64,000 nucleotides of DNA, taken from assembly GCA_964016885.1 (NCBI GenBank), contig OZ024743.1, forward strand, positions 345,030,001 through 345,094,000. The letters are read 5' to 3'. Source of the DNA: Eledone cirrhosa. Its lineage: Eukaryota. Made by a program: the position numbers and the translations under genes. This document shows positions 1 to 13,699 of the stretch, one piece after another; the first letter of the stretch is position 1, and each line of letters opens with the position of its first letter. Under the pieces are notes generated by a model that was not told the origin of the DNA, did no database searches, and saw only the letters and a list, made by a program, of their open reading frames with translations.

Positions 1-1360
1 TTTGTGGATTTCTTTTTTTTTTGTGTTTTGTTTTTTGTATTTTGGGGGACTTTGGTTTTCCCTCATCTTCACTGCTGGAGGATGAGGGGTCTGTGGCTCT
101 GAGCGTGTTTGTGTCTGAGTGAGTGTTTATGTTCTTGTTCGTGTGTGTATTTTGGAGGGGAGGGGGAATGGGAGAGCTTTCCTCGTTTCCCCCCTGGGTG
201 TGCAATTTTGGTGGTTCCATTGTTGACGGTGTTGCTGGTGGTCCTTGTCCCGGCGTCGCCAGCAGTGGAATCTTTCGACCCCTTGCGCTTTTCGGCAGTT
301 GAGGGCAGAAGGCTCGCAAGTGTGTCGTTTCCCCACAAAGGAAACAATGCGGCCTTTTGCCCTCAGTCATTATATGCAACACCCTCCCGTTTTGGAGGCG
401 GATGTGGTCCGGGATTGCTTTTACGTTTTCGGGTCTGATTTGGAGCAGTATCTCCAGATCAACCCCGGACCAGTCGTCCCTGGCAGTTCTCGTTGCCTCT
501 ACCGGGACTGTATCCGTTCCTTCCACGATTACGCAACCCAGGAGCCACCACATATCAAGTCCTGGTGGAATCCTGGGAATGCGCACACGTGCTATTCGTT
601 TTCCCATGTGGGAGGGGTACATTATGACCTTGCTGGTTTTGCAAGGGGTCATTGAATGCTTCACAGCGAGGGCTTCAGACTTGAACAGCACCGAAACGGT
701 GCCGTATTGCCTGCCCCTCTCTATGAAGTCTGTGTCCTCTCTGATGTATTTCAGTGCGGCTTCTATATCAGCTTGGGCGATTATCGCTGCCCTCTTTGTC
801 TCTACTGAGATGCATCTGAAATGCACCGTTCTTTTTTCCACTGCCTCAATGGCTTCTGCCGGGACAGTTAAGTTTGCCCAGGTCTGCTCTTGATTTATGA
901 TTTTCCAGGCCTGGGCCAACTTTTCCTCTCTGCTGGTTAAGTCGATGCTGTAGCATGGTCTCCTTTTAGCCGCTGCCACAGCAGCGAAGGTGTTCTTGTT
1001 GGTGTTGTCACTGTTGTTGTTCTTGTTGGTGTTGCTGCTGCTATTGCTGTTGTTGTTCTCCCCTGTGTCGTGGTTACCCTCTGTGCTGTTGGCCTTGTTG
1101 GTGCTGTTGCTGTCGCTACTATTACTCTCTGTGCTGTTCGTTTTGTTGGTGCTCTCGCTATTACCACCTTCTGCGCTGTTCAGCTTGTTGGTGTTGGTGT
1201 TGTCACTGTTACCACCTTCCGCGCCGCTCGGCCCGTTGGTGCTGGCACTGTCGCTGCTCACACTCGTGCTGGTGGCGCTTCTCGCCTCACCTCTCCTCTC
1301 AACGCTCAAGTCGCCGTTGCACGACAGCAGACCCGTCTCTAGGGGGCGTGGCTCCGCCAT
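1..1360 (-). CDS. ORF1 (gag-like, CCHC zinc knuckle) of an L1/Tx1-type LINE, running off the left window edge
   Basis: Manual translation from ATG at 1360 (MAEPRPLETG...) stays open to position 1 (~453 codons). It is absent from the ORF track because there is no stop in the window. It has an Asn/Ser-rich N-terminus and a CX2CX4HX4C knuckle, CFLCGETTHLRAFC, at 305-346. Clade assignment is inferred from architecture. Confidence 0.75.
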   Translation of the reverse strand, partial: MAEPRPLETGLLSCNGDLSVERRGEARSATSTSVSSDSASTNGPSGAEGGNSDNTNTNKLNSAEGGNSESTNKTNSTESNSSDSNSTNKANSTEGNHDTGENNNSNSSSNTNKNNNSDNTNKNTFAAVAAAKRRPCYSIDLTSREEKLAQAWKIINQEQTWANLTVPAEAIEAVEKRTVHFRCISVETKRAAIIAQADIEAALKYIREDTDFIERGRQYGTVSVLFKSEALAVKHSMTPCKTSKVIMYPSHMGKRIARVRIPRIPPGLDMWWLLGCVIVEGTDTVPVEATRTARDDWSGVDLEILLQIRPENVKAIPDHIRLQNGRVLHIMTEGKRPHCFLCGETTHLRAFCPQLPKSARGRKIPLLATPGQGPPATPSTMEPPKLHTQGGNEESSPIPPPLQNTHTNKNINTHSDTNTLRATDPSSSSSEDEGKPKSPKIQKTKHKKKRNPQ

Positions 1361-1571
1361 GTTTTTTTGAGAAAAAAAATTATTATTTTTTCCAAAATAA
1401 AGTTCAAATATTTGGGCCAAAAGGCCCAAATATTATAAGTTATTCCTTCACAGGATACAAATGAATGTCTTATAATGCTTCAGCGGTACAAAAAATAAAC
1501 AATTCTCTACAATTAATCCTCAAAAAATTGCTTACTCACGGAGCTTCAAAAAACGTACATCCACTTTCGTC

Positions 1572-1680
<109 letters not shown>

Positions 1681-1779
1681 CGCACACATAAACATATCTA
1701 CACACACACACGATAGCAATTAACAGCGCTGCGATCGAATGTAGCTTTTTAGCCCAGCCAATCAAAACATTCACTGGGA

Positions 1780-4700
1780 ATAGCCGGCTGTGGTGGGAGG
1801 TTATGTACTTTTGCATGCCGCTTGAGCCCTCCTGCTGATTTACATTCTCTACCACATGCTTGGCAAGCATGATGAGTAGAATCTCCAACAGCAGCCTGGT
1901 AGTCACCCACTGGTCTTACTTTATGACTGCGAAGATGACTTTCGAGTCCAACTTTGCTTAGGCAGAGTCTCGCTCAGACGCTGCCTGGAGATGCAACAGC
2001 AATGCCCTACCTCAAATCCCGCTTTACTTTCTCGTATGCGATTCGAGATGCCCCAAAGGCAACTTATCCCTCAAATAAAGTCTTTCTCCATTTATTACGA
2101 TCAGCAGCAACATTTTCCCATGTATAAGCAGAGAAGTTAGCGTCTTTCAAAGAGGTTTTCAAGGAATCCTTATACCTCTTTTTTTGTTTATGTGGAGGTC
2201 GTTTTCCTTTAACGAACTCTCCATAAAACAGTTGTTTTGGTATTCTAGAATCCTTCATCCTGGCAAGGTGACCACTCTAACGGAGTCGTTGCTTAAGCAC
2301 AAGAGCTTCTATACTGTCACACATAGAGCTTTCCAAAATCTCGACATCACTGATGTGGTCCCTCCAGTGAACGCCATGGATCCGTCTGAGACACATCTGA
2401 TGGAAACGCTCCAATTGCTTAAGGTGGTGTCGATATGTGACCCAGGTCTCGCAGGCATAAAGAAAAGAGAGCACATATGCTTTGTACACCTTTACCTTTG
2501 TATTCTTGCATATGTCTCGCCGACCTCAGAGTCGCTTTCTAGCTTTCCGAAAGCATCACTTGCTTTCCTAATCTTGAGTCGGATTTCATTATCAAGGTTG
2601 CTGTATCGATTGACAGTGCTTCCCAGGTAGACAAACTGATCAACCACTCCAAGTCGTTTACCATACACATAGATATTTGGTTCACTGTACTGCTTACCAG
2701 ACGCAGGTTGGTACATGACGACGGTTTTCTTGAGACTGACAGTCAATCCTAGGGCAGTGTAAGCATCAGAAAATGCATTCAAAATGTGCTGCATATCTCT
2801 ATCTGTGTGCGCTACAAGATCGCAATCATCTGCATACAAGAGGTCGCTTATGATTGATGTAAATACTTTTGGTTTTGCAGCAAAGAGCCTGATGTTAAAT
2901 ATGGTGCCTGAGGTTCGATATCGGATGTAAACACCATCCTCGCAATTCCTGAGTGCAATATAGAAAACCATTGCAAAGTATATGGCAAACAGGGTCGGTG
3001 CTGGAATATCCCCCTATTTCACTCCATTTTTTACTGAGATAGGCTCCGACATGTTACCTCCGACATTAACCCAAGTCTTCATGTCGTCATGGAAAGACCT
3101 AACTAAAGCAAGGAACTTATCAGGGCAACCAAGTTTCTGGAGAACCTTCCATAATGCATTTCTGTTATCAGTATCGAAAGCTTTTGTCAGATCGACAAAA
3201 ACCTGATACAGATCCAAACTTTGTTCTATGCACTTCTCCTGGAGCTGTCTAGCTGAGAAGACCATATCAGTAGTGCCGCGTCCAGCACGAAAACCAGATT
3301 GACATTCAGGAAGAACACAAATGCAATGTGTGTCAGCAGACGGTCCAGAAGCACCCTACATAAAACTTTCCCTACGACAGAAAGCAATGATATACCTCTC
3401 TAGTTCCCACAATCATTCCTGTTACCCTTTCTCTTGTACAAGACCACCATTACTGCATCCCTCAAGTCCTCAGGTACGGATTCATTAGCCCATATTCTGC
3501 CAAACAAAGAGTGAAGATGTTGCAGGAGTCTCTCACCACCATATTGTAAGAGCTCTGCATGTATGCCATCCATACCTCCAGCTTCGAGATAGCCACTGCA
3601 ACCTCTACAAGCGTCGGAGGTTCTGCGAGAGCTACTTCCACAGGACTTTCTGGAATGAGATTGAGAAAATCTTCATTGACGACAGACGGCTGATTCAAAA
3701 GCTCATGAAAGTGCTCTCGCAACCTTCGTAGAATTCCCTGTGAGCCACGAAGAAGTTCTTTGCCATCCTTGCTGCGAAGCGGTGTCACCAGAGAAGAAGA
3801 CGGTCTATAAACTTCACACAAGAGACTGTACAACAGCTTTGTGTTATTGGAATCTGACGCAGTTTGTATCTCATCAGCCTTCTCACTCCACCACTGATCC
3901 ATCATCTGAGAAGACTCTGCCTAACACGTGATTTCACATCCTTGAGTTCCTTATGCAACATATTCTCCTGTGGTTTTGCCGTCAAGTAGCGTGACAGAGC
4001 ACGCCTCTTATCAGCCAACAAGTATATGTTCATCACTCTCATTAAACCAGTCCTGATGTTTTCTCTGCACCAATCCCAGAACACGCCTGCCTACATTATA
4101 AACCGACTTTTTAAGGGTTGGCCAATCCTCACCAAGATTTGCAACCTACATCTCTTCTCGTAATGTCCTCTGCACATTTGTATCCCTAAGACGAGCAGCA
4201 TTCAATCTTCTGGGCAGGAGCCCGGATTTTACGTTTAGTGATTAGTTTCACTTTTGCGCGTACCAGGCGGTGGTCTGTCCAGCACTCAGCTCCACGAAGA
4301 GCACGAACACACTGCACATCCCGTCCAAAAGATGCCATTCCTTAGATGCAGGATGCATCAACGTAGTCTTAAATTTGCTCTTTTGTTGGAACATGGTGTT
4401 GGTAACACACACATCCAGCTCCTCACACATCTGCAGCAGGAGCATACCATTGTTGTTACACTTTCCCACCCCATGCCTTCCGATTACATTTCATGTGTTA
4501 AAATCCCTACCACTCTAGCATTAAAGTCACCAAGCACGATGAGTTTGTCTGCCTGAGGGATATTTCTTAAAACACCTTTCAAGACATGGTAAGGACACTT
4601 TTTCTTCATCGACAGAATTCATAGTTGGAGCATACACACTCACCAGGGTCGCATATCTTCCTTTGTCCAGCGGAATTCTCATGGACATAAGACGCTCACT

Positions 4701-5490
4701 AATCCCTACTGGGAATTATTCTAATTTATTCACAAGAACAGTTTAACAGCAAATGCTACCCCAGCCTCTCTTCTGGTTACTTCATCTCATCCTTTCCAGA
4801 AGAATGTATATTCTCCACACAATTCTGTAAGATGACCATCTCCAGCTAACCTCGTCTCAGATAAAGCTACGATGTCAAGATCGTAACGTCGAAGCTCCTT
4901 TGCAACAAGAGCGGTCCTTCGTTCAGGACGTTCCAAGGAATCCCTGTCAAGCAGCGTCCGTACGTTCCAGCAGCCAAGACTAAATGCCTTGTTTGGATCT
5001 ATTACAGTGACACGATGTCGAGCGGGCCCAGGCTGTGACAACCTGGGGCCCCTGCCCTTATTGCCAATTATCTCTTTTGTTCCAGAACCCTTATTGCTAA
5101 TTATCTCTTTTATATTATTTTGAAATATGTATAATTTGGAAAAAAAAAAAAAAAGTAATAATAATAGTAACAATAATAATAATAATAATAATAATACACT
5201 ATTAATAATTATTAATTAATGCAATCGTGCAATGCCTGTGCCTGAAGAATATTTTTAAAGTGAGGAAAGACTGTGCACTGAGCCAATCCCACTCTCTGAG
5301 CGACAGTAGCTATAACCTGAAAAGAAGAAAAGATCAACATCATCGGTAAAAACTGAGCCGCAGGTTTTATATCGGAGTTAACCCAGTTTCCAGAGATGCC
5401 TTCTCCTAGAAGAATGCCCTGACAAGGGCTAGGGGTTCTTCACTCCCAGTGGTTTAACTGCGCGCTCGGGTATCCGGCCCGACTATTTCT
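1780..5490 (-). mobile_element. RTE-clade LINE, near full length, disrupted by stops and frameshifts
   Basis: APE N-terminus LGCWNVRTL...DIVALSETRL (~4990-4790); RT motifs FVDLTKAFD and DLLYADDC; RTE-typical C-terminus RIPKQLFYGE...KRYKDSLK; terminal GLESHLRSH at ~1925. Ends are approximate. Confidence 0.9.
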
Positions 5491-5773
5491 ATGTCCCCGC
5501 GCATAAAGAAAAAAAAATCACCTATTGACACTCATACGTGCGACATACACACACGCGCACACACACACACATACATACGCGCGCACAGACCAACACTCAT
5601 GCATACAAACAAACACACACACGCTACTCACTTACACTCACACACACATATATATATATATATATTACCGTCATTACTGATACAAGATTACAAGATTATG
5701 TCAACTGTTGACTTTCGAAAGAGTTCGTATAGTTGAAGCCGTTCGTGTTACCGTTCAGTAATATTATAATTGC

Positions 5774-5933
5774 GGGATTTGAACTCAGAATGGCAAGAGT
5801 TACGGCCCTTGCCATTCTGAGTTCAAATCCCGCCGAGGTTAACTTTGCCTTTCATCCTTACGGGGTCGATAAAATAAAGTACCAGTAATGTACTGGAATA
5901 ATTGCTGGCCTTGTGCCAAAAAGTAGAAACAAT
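5774..5933 (+). mobile_element. tRNA-derived SINE (Meta/MESC-like core), 5'-truncated with an inverted 5' piece and a 12-bp TSD
   Basis: B-box-like GAGTTCAAATCCC; core GCCTTTCATCCTTACGGGGTCGATAAAATAAAGTACCAG; TATTATAATTGC flanks both sides (5762-5773, 5934-5945). A second, more decayed copy follows at ~5950-6070. Confidence 0.85.
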
Positions 5934-6096
5934 TATTATAATTGCTTTACAGCATAGAGCTATGGCCCTCCACGCTCCAAGCTCAGATCCCGCCTAGGTC
6001 AACCTTGCCTTTCATCCCCACGGAGTCAACAAAAGAGAGCACCAGTAATACGCTGGAACAATCGCTGGCTCCTATACATATATATGTGTGTGTATG

Positions 6097-6169
<73 letters not shown>

Positions 6170-6389
6170 CGTGTGTATTGAAAATTCAAAATACATTGTC
6201 ATATGCAGAATATGTCTAAAGTACTTTTCATTTAGAATTGTAGGAAGAGGTATTTAATCTCTTTAGGTAAATACATTGAATATATTGGTTGTATATAAAA
6301 AACACTTATAGTTTAAAAAATTAAATTAAATGCGCATGTTATTGCCCGTACACATATAATTGCATTTTTTTGTATGTATGTACTTATCT

Positions 6390-6432
<43 letters not shown>

Positions 6433-6889
6433 TATTTATTTCATTGTGTTTTTATTTTTATACGCAGATGTGAATTTGAATGAGACTGAAAGGATAAAAA
6501 TTATATGTAAGCTAGTTTTATGCGTACGTCTGTATACAAAATGTAAATAAATATACAATTTTCAGAAACATATAGATAAATATGTATATTTATATATATT
6601 TATATATAAAAGATTATAATATCGAAGAAAAATAAATATAAACGAGTAAACAGGAAAAATACAGAAAACTAGGGAAAATAAGATATATATATAAACAAAA
6701 TATATTAAAAATGAAAGTAAATGCAAGACCAGATTAGATAGAAAAAATTTCTAGGTTTTCCAGTCGAAGAGAAAATGTTTAGTTCTGTTTATGTCTTTAT
6801 ATATATATTTTAGTGTTCCCCATAGAATGGATGTAATTATCTTTTACTGGTACAGAGAACATGGTAAATGTTTCATTAGCAGCTCACGT

Positions 6890-7478
6890 CGAGAGTGTGT
6901 GAGTTAGATAGATAAAGAAAGAAAAAGAGAGAGAGAGGAGAGAGAGAGTCTGAGAGATACATAGATAAAGAGAGAGAGAGAGAGTCTGTGAAATAGATAG
7001 ATAAAGAGAGAGAGGGGGGAGTCTGTGAGATAGATAGATAAAGAGAGAGAGAGAGAGTGGAGAGAGTCTGTGAGATAGATAGATAAAGTGAGAGAGAGAG
7101 GGGGGAGTCTTTGAGATAGATAGATAAAGAAAGAAAGAGAGAGAGGGGGGTCTGTGAGATAGATAGATGAAGAAAGAAAGAGAGTGAGAGAGAGAGATGA
7201 CAGAGAGAGTCTACGAGATGAAGAAAGAAAGAAAGAAAGAGAGAGAGTGAGAGAGAGAGAAGGAGGGAGAAAAAACCGAGAGAGGGAGAGTCAGATTGAG
7301 AGGGATAGAGAGATGGAGGGTTGAGAAATGAAGGGGTCGAATATAGAGGGATGAAGAGATGGAGAGGACGAGAGGGGGAGGTGAGAGAGCGGGAGTTAAG
7401 AGAGGGGGAGATGAGAGAATGGGTGACGAGAGAGGAGTAAGAGGAGATAGAAGGAGGAGGAGAGAGAGAGAGAGAGGG

Positions 7479-7536
<58 letters not shown>

Positions 7537-7620
7537 GTGATGAGGAAGAGAGGGAAAATGAGAGTGGGAACAATTGGAGTAGAAGTATGAAAGAGGGAAA
7601 GAGGGAGAGGGGGAACAGCC
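6890..7620. repeat. Purine-rich (AG)n/(AGAT)n low-complexity tract
   Basis: Direct inspection. Confidence 0.9.
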
Positions 7621-7659
7621 AGAATCTGGTAAAATAAGTAATTGACTTCGTTGGCATTG

Positions 7660-7666
7660 CTCTTAT

Positions 7667-7697
<31 letters not shown>

Positions 7698-8414
7698 ATT
7701 GTTATTGTTGTTATTGTTGTTGTTGTTGTTGTTGTTATTGTTATTGTTGTTGTCGTCATTGTTGTTGTTGTCGTTGGTGTTGTCGTCGTCGTCGTTGTTG
7801 TTGTTGTTATTGTTGTTGTCGTCATTGTTGTTGTCGTTGTTGTTGTTTTTATTGCCGTCGTCGTCATCGTCGTCGTTGTTGTTTTTAATGTCGTCGTTGT
7901 CGTTGTTGTTGATGTTGTTGTTGTTGTTATGGTTGTTGTAGTTGTAGTTGTTGTTATTGTTGTTGTTGTTATTGTTGTTGTTATTGTTGTTGTTGTCGTC
8001 ATTGTTGTTGTTTTTATTGCCGTCGTCGTCATCGTCGTTGTTGTTGTTTTTAATGTCGTCGTTGTCGTTGTCGTTGTTGTTGATGTTGTTGTTGTTGTTA
8101 TGGTTGTTGTAGTTGTAGTTGTTGTTATTGTTGTTGTTGTTATTGTTGTTGTTATTGTTGTTGTTGTCGTCATTGTTGTTGTTTTTATTGCCGTCGTCGT
8201 CATCATCGTTGTTGTTGTTTTTAATGTCGTCGTTGTCGTTGTCGTTGTTGTTGATGTTGTTGTTGTTGTTATGGTTGTTGTAGTTGTAGTTGTTGTTATT
8301 GTTGTTGTTGTTATTGTTGTTGTTATTATTGTTGTTGTCGTCATTGTTGTTGTTTTTATTGCCGTCGTCGTCATCGTCGTTGTTGTTGTTTTTAATGTCG
8401 TCGTTGTCGTTGTC

Positions 8415-8445
<31 letters not shown>

Positions 8446-8540
8446 TTGTAATTGTTGTTGTTGTCGTCATCGTCGTTATTGTTGTAGTTGTAGTTGTTGT
8501 TATTGTTGTTGTTGTTGTTGCCGACGTCGTCGTTGTTGCT
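7660..8540. repeat. (TTG/TCG)n trinucleotide tract with a ~171-bp higher-order repeat
   Basis: Landmark ATTGCCGTCG recurs at 7851, 8016, 8187 and 8358. Confidence 0.9.
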
Positions 8541-8804
8541 GTTAATAGGTGGTGGGGAGGGCAAATGTAAATTCGAAAGAAGAGACATGGGTTAAGAAGC
8601 TGCATACCTTGCCGGCGGAGATATGGCAACCTGACTGTCTGGGGCTGAATCTGTAGATTTCTTCAAACAACCTCTGCCACCACAGTGTACATCAAGCACA
8701 ATTACCAATGTTATCACCTTCACATTCACAATTAAACAGCGCCACCATCAACACATCTCACACAATGACGTCTACCACCAGCACCCCAACCTCCACACAC
8801 ACGC

Positions 8805-9310
8805 AACAACCACAACCACAACTACAACAACAACAACAACAACAACATGAATTCAACTCCCACTACTATCAACACCATCAGCACCTCGACCACCGCCACA
8901 ACCACCACTGCCACCACCACCACCACCACCACCACCACCACCACCACCACCACCACATCCAGCACCAGCACCACTACCACCGCCAACACCACCGCAACCA
9001 CCACCACCGCCACCACCACCGCCACCACCGCCGCCATCACCGCCGCCACCACCAGCACCGTCACCACCACCATCACCGCCACCACCGCCACCACCACCAG
9101 CACCACCACCGCCACCACCACCGCCGCTGCCACCACCGCCACCACCACCACCACCGCCGCCACCACCACCACCACAACCACCAGCACCACCGTCACCACC
9201 ACCACCACCACCACCAGCACCACCACTACAACCACCGTCACCACCACCACCACCACCACCAGCACCACCACTACAACCACCGTCACCACCACCACCACCA
9301 CCACCATGAA
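8805..9310. repeat. (ACC/AAC)n trinucleotide tract
   Basis: Direct inspection; an (ACT)n tract follows at ~9487-9565. Confidence 0.9.
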
Positions 9311-9485
9311 CATCGCAATCACAATCAACTGCTATCAGAACCACTACCCCCAGCTAAATCATGAACAACCAACCAAAACACTAGTACCACCACTACCGCT
9401 ACCATTATAACTTCTACCCCACAGTCTACTAACCTTTAGCAAACCAATACCATTACCACAAGCATCAACATCAAAATAGCAGCAA

Positions 9486-9518
<33 letters not shown>

Positions 9519-10758
9519 GCTACTACTACTACTGCTACTACTACTAGTACTACTACTACTACTATTAATTGACACACAAACACTCTCTCATACATATATA
9601 CACATATTTCTATCTTTATCGTACAATCACCTTTAGTCTGAACCACCACCATTCTATACAATAATCACAAATTAAGGCGAAATACCACGTATCCACTCTA
9701 CTTCGCTCCAATCCCCTCCAATCTGATTTCCACATCTCTCACGTACCTGTCTTCTCACGGTAACAGTCACAGCAAGACATCAAGTTACTAGGGAAGTACG
9801 TAATATAGAATTGCCATCTATATCTCTTATGTGTCAATTTAGTAACTGTAAACTTAATGTGTTGAATTTGTGTTTGGTGAAAATCTGCCAACATTTATGT
9901 GTACTGGTTTAATTGGTTTAATGAAATGTGATAATCAAAACTGATTGTTAATAATGATTTCCAGCATTAGTACAAGGACACCACACGTCTTTAATGAAGG
10001 AGGAATGTCGATTACATCGACAACAATACTTCCCTGGTGTACATATTTAATCAGCACCCGAAGGTATGAAAATAAACTTAAACCTAGGCGTTATGTAAAT
10101 TCAACAGCATAAAGAACTGTAACTAAATAACCAAAGACACTTAACACTGACGTTGTAATGTATTATATTTCCCATTACATTGCTGTAGTGTCGTTAATAA
10201 CCATCAAAGAATAGAGCTCCGTGCAAGTGACTGAACAGTCAACAGTCAAGTGTATACTTAATGTAATTTTCAGGTGGATTCAACATGACACAATGTGTAA
10301 CAAAGCTGCTCGATACAATTGCAGGTAAAGTCCACCCGAAGTACACCCAAACAATTGCCGTCCACACAATATTACTCACAAGGTCGACACTAAACTAATG
10401 TAAATGAGATATGCCATAATTTCAGGCAGTGTGATCGAATGAGGGACCTCCATGCGAAGGTTTTCACCATTCGCCTCTGCTACCTCCATGCCCATCATAC
10501 GAGTATGTATATGCTCATGTATGTATGTATTTTCTTCTGGTTTTATAATTTCACAAATCTTTTCCCAATAGAGAGGGAGTTGGATTCTAACATAGACACA
10601 AGACTCACTCATTCGAATTTACACATCAACTAGGTAGATTATGTGTGCAGGCATGCATGTGTAGGTATGGATGTTATTGTATGTGTGTATGTGTATGTTT
10701 TGAGTTGTATGTGTGCATGTGTATATGCTTTGTATCTGTACATGTGTATATGCAGTTA

Positions 10759-10940
10759 TTAGATGCAACATTTTTGGAATGTTTTACATATTTTTACTGC
10801 TCCATTAATAGATTGTACTTGTAATTTCCTAACTAGTTGTGTTCTTTCTGTTCCTGTGAAGCCCAGCTTCTCAAGATTTGTATTGAGGCAGTTACTACCA
10901 TACCCCAGTGCCCCAATAACCACAGGCATAAATCTGAAGG
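10759..10940 (-). mobile_element. 3' fragment of an R4/Dong-like (restriction-like endonuclease) LINE
   Basis: Translation FRFMPVVIGALG...LEKLGF...LVRKLQVQSINGAVKICKTF matches the C-terminal PVVIGALG pattern of RLE-type non-LTR elements. Confidence 0.6.
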
Positions 10941-11033
10941 TGTATGTATGTGTGTATGTATGTGTGTGTGTGTGTGTGTGTGCGTGTGTGTGTATGTATA
11001 TGTGTATATATGTATGTACGTACGTATGGATGG

Positions 11034-11080
<47 letters not shown>

Positions 11081-11104
11081 GTCTGTGAGTTCTGCACGCA
11101 CACA

Positions 11105-11144
<40 letters not shown>

Positions 11145-11786
11145 GTTGATGATGATGATGATGATTAGGATGTTATGATGGTGGTAGTGTAGAAAAAAAT
11201 GTATATATATGTAAAATGTAAACAGAAATAAGGTAAACGACACAGTATATTGCAAAAATATATTAGTTTAACTCTTGAAATAGCAGGAAGACAGTCATAA
11301 CGTTTTGGACACTAGTCTTTCATCAGAAGATAGAGTTAGAAATAGAGAGGAATAGAAATAAAATAGCGAGAAGAGGAAAGAACGGGAAAAAAATGAGAAA
11401 AAAAGCGGGGTGGGCATAAAACACACGTGCGTATTCAGTCAGCCTTCTTCTTCTTCTTCTTCTTCTTCTTCTTCCATTAGTATAAATAATAGTAGTCGTA
11501 GTAAAAGTAATGAAAGTTGTAGTAGTATTAATAGTATGAGTTCTTATTTCTCGTCTTTCTTCACAACATAACGATTTCCTTGTCAAACAAAATGGTTGCC
11601 ACGTGATAATTTGTTTATTATATGATATATATGTTCAGATAAATATGTAATGGAAGGCAAAGAAAATATAAAGGATATTTTCCTTTTGAATATATATCTG
11701 CATATCTTTAGAATAAAACACCAAATTTAGAGGATCCGTAATAGATATTCTGCGGACTTGCAGTCTGCGAGTTCTGCACGAACACA

Positions 11787-11820
<34 letters not shown>

Positions 11821-11866
11821 GCTGTTGCTGTTGCTGCTACTACTGCCGCCGCCGCCACTGCTGCTG

Positions 11867-11911
<45 letters not shown>

Positions 11912-12783
11912 ATTATGATGGTGATGTTGCAGAAAAATATAGATAACAACAACAACAAACATGGGAATGACAATAACAATACCAACAACTACAGCAACAA
12001 TAATAAGGATAAGAATAAGAATAATAAGAATAATAATAAGATGTAAACAGAAGAATAACAAAAATAACAAGAAAATAAACAGGCTAGGTATTAACAATAG
12101 GAAATATAACGAACAATATACGTGGATATTTAAGGATGGTAAGAGAAGCGAAATAGGTACCAAAAATATCTATCTACCAACGTATTCGTAAAAATGGCTT
12201 TTGTCTTGATTCCCTAGATAGTTCCTGCAGCTCTCTGTGGGCATTCGTCTATTATTAAATGAATTAGCCAGAATTTGCAAAATATGCCTTTTGATTCTAG
12301 CCGTACCGTCTTTGCTTGTTTTTGGTTTCTTTATATTAACAGGAGAAAGTAATGCGATTTCCTTTTTGTAAGGAGAATAGTTTGCTTAAGTAAAAGATTG
12401 GGCAAAAATGTTTTCATTTTCCATCCGAAAATGATAGAAAATACGTTAAAGGATAAAGCATATGAAACATAGTATACAATATGTAAGCGAAATGATATGT
12501 ATTTATGCATACATATACATGTGTGTAGGTAAATGTATGTACATACAAACAAAGAGACACACAACACAAACACATATATACACGAATATGTCAATGTAAG
12601 TGCGCGGTTGTATATGTATATATGTATATATATATATAAAAGTATACACAAAAAACAAACACATATTATATGTTAAATATATATATATTTATATATATAT
12701 ATATTTATATATATATATATATATAAATATATATATTTATATAAAAATATATATATTTATATATATATATATTTATATATATA

Positions 12784-12922
<139 letters not shown>

Positions 12923-13386
12923 TGTGTATATATATATATATATATACAGTGTGTGTGTTTGGGAGGTGTGGAGAAATGATAATGCAAAAATGTTAGCACT
13001 GGAAAAAAACTCCGGGACATGTTTCATATGCTGAATAGTTGGTTTTCACTAGCCATAATGTATATAATATAATGATACATATATATATATATATATTATA
13101 AATATATATTATGTATATAAGTATTGGGATCAAGGGGATTGGCGTAGGTGAGCTGAGAAACATTCCTGAGTATAGAAAATTTTGCCCATCAACCTTTGTA
13201 AATTCTTTTGCATAAAACAACTAGCAAGCAGGTTGCAAATACGTGCACGCACGACAAAATTGCTGTGTTGCTGAAAAGATAGCTCGCGTATTCGTGTTCC
13301 TGTATGCATGTGTCAGTGCTTGCGAATAATATACTCACACACATACATATATACATATATAAAGACATACGTATACATATATACGT

Positions 13387-13454
<68 letters not shown>

Positions 13455-13488
13455 TCAGCGAGAATCGCATTTCGGCGGGTAGAAATAT

Positions 13489-13525
<37 letters not shown>

Positions 13526-13556
13526 CAAATGTATATATGTACAAATGTGTATATAT

Positions 13557-13587
<31 letters not shown>

Positions 13588-13616
13588 TATATATACAAAT
13601 ATGTATATATGTATAA

Positions 13617-13699
<83 letters not shown>

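Noticed and set aside
5220-5490. HDV-like ribozyme in the RTE 5' UTR
   Set aside because: Known in some RTE elements, but I could not assign the nested double pseudoknot by eye; it needs an RNArobo/Infernal search.
6876-9410. Long Asn-, Thr-, His-, Gly- and Val-rich ORFs (up to 570 aa)
   Set aside because: They are stop-free trinucleotide and AG repeats open in several frames at once, with no domain evidence.
11295-11335. Hammerhead on minus (CTGATGA...AAAACGTTA); similar remnants at ~22980-23012 and ~39788-39835
   Set aside because: Core nucleotides or stem I are broken; at most decayed relics.
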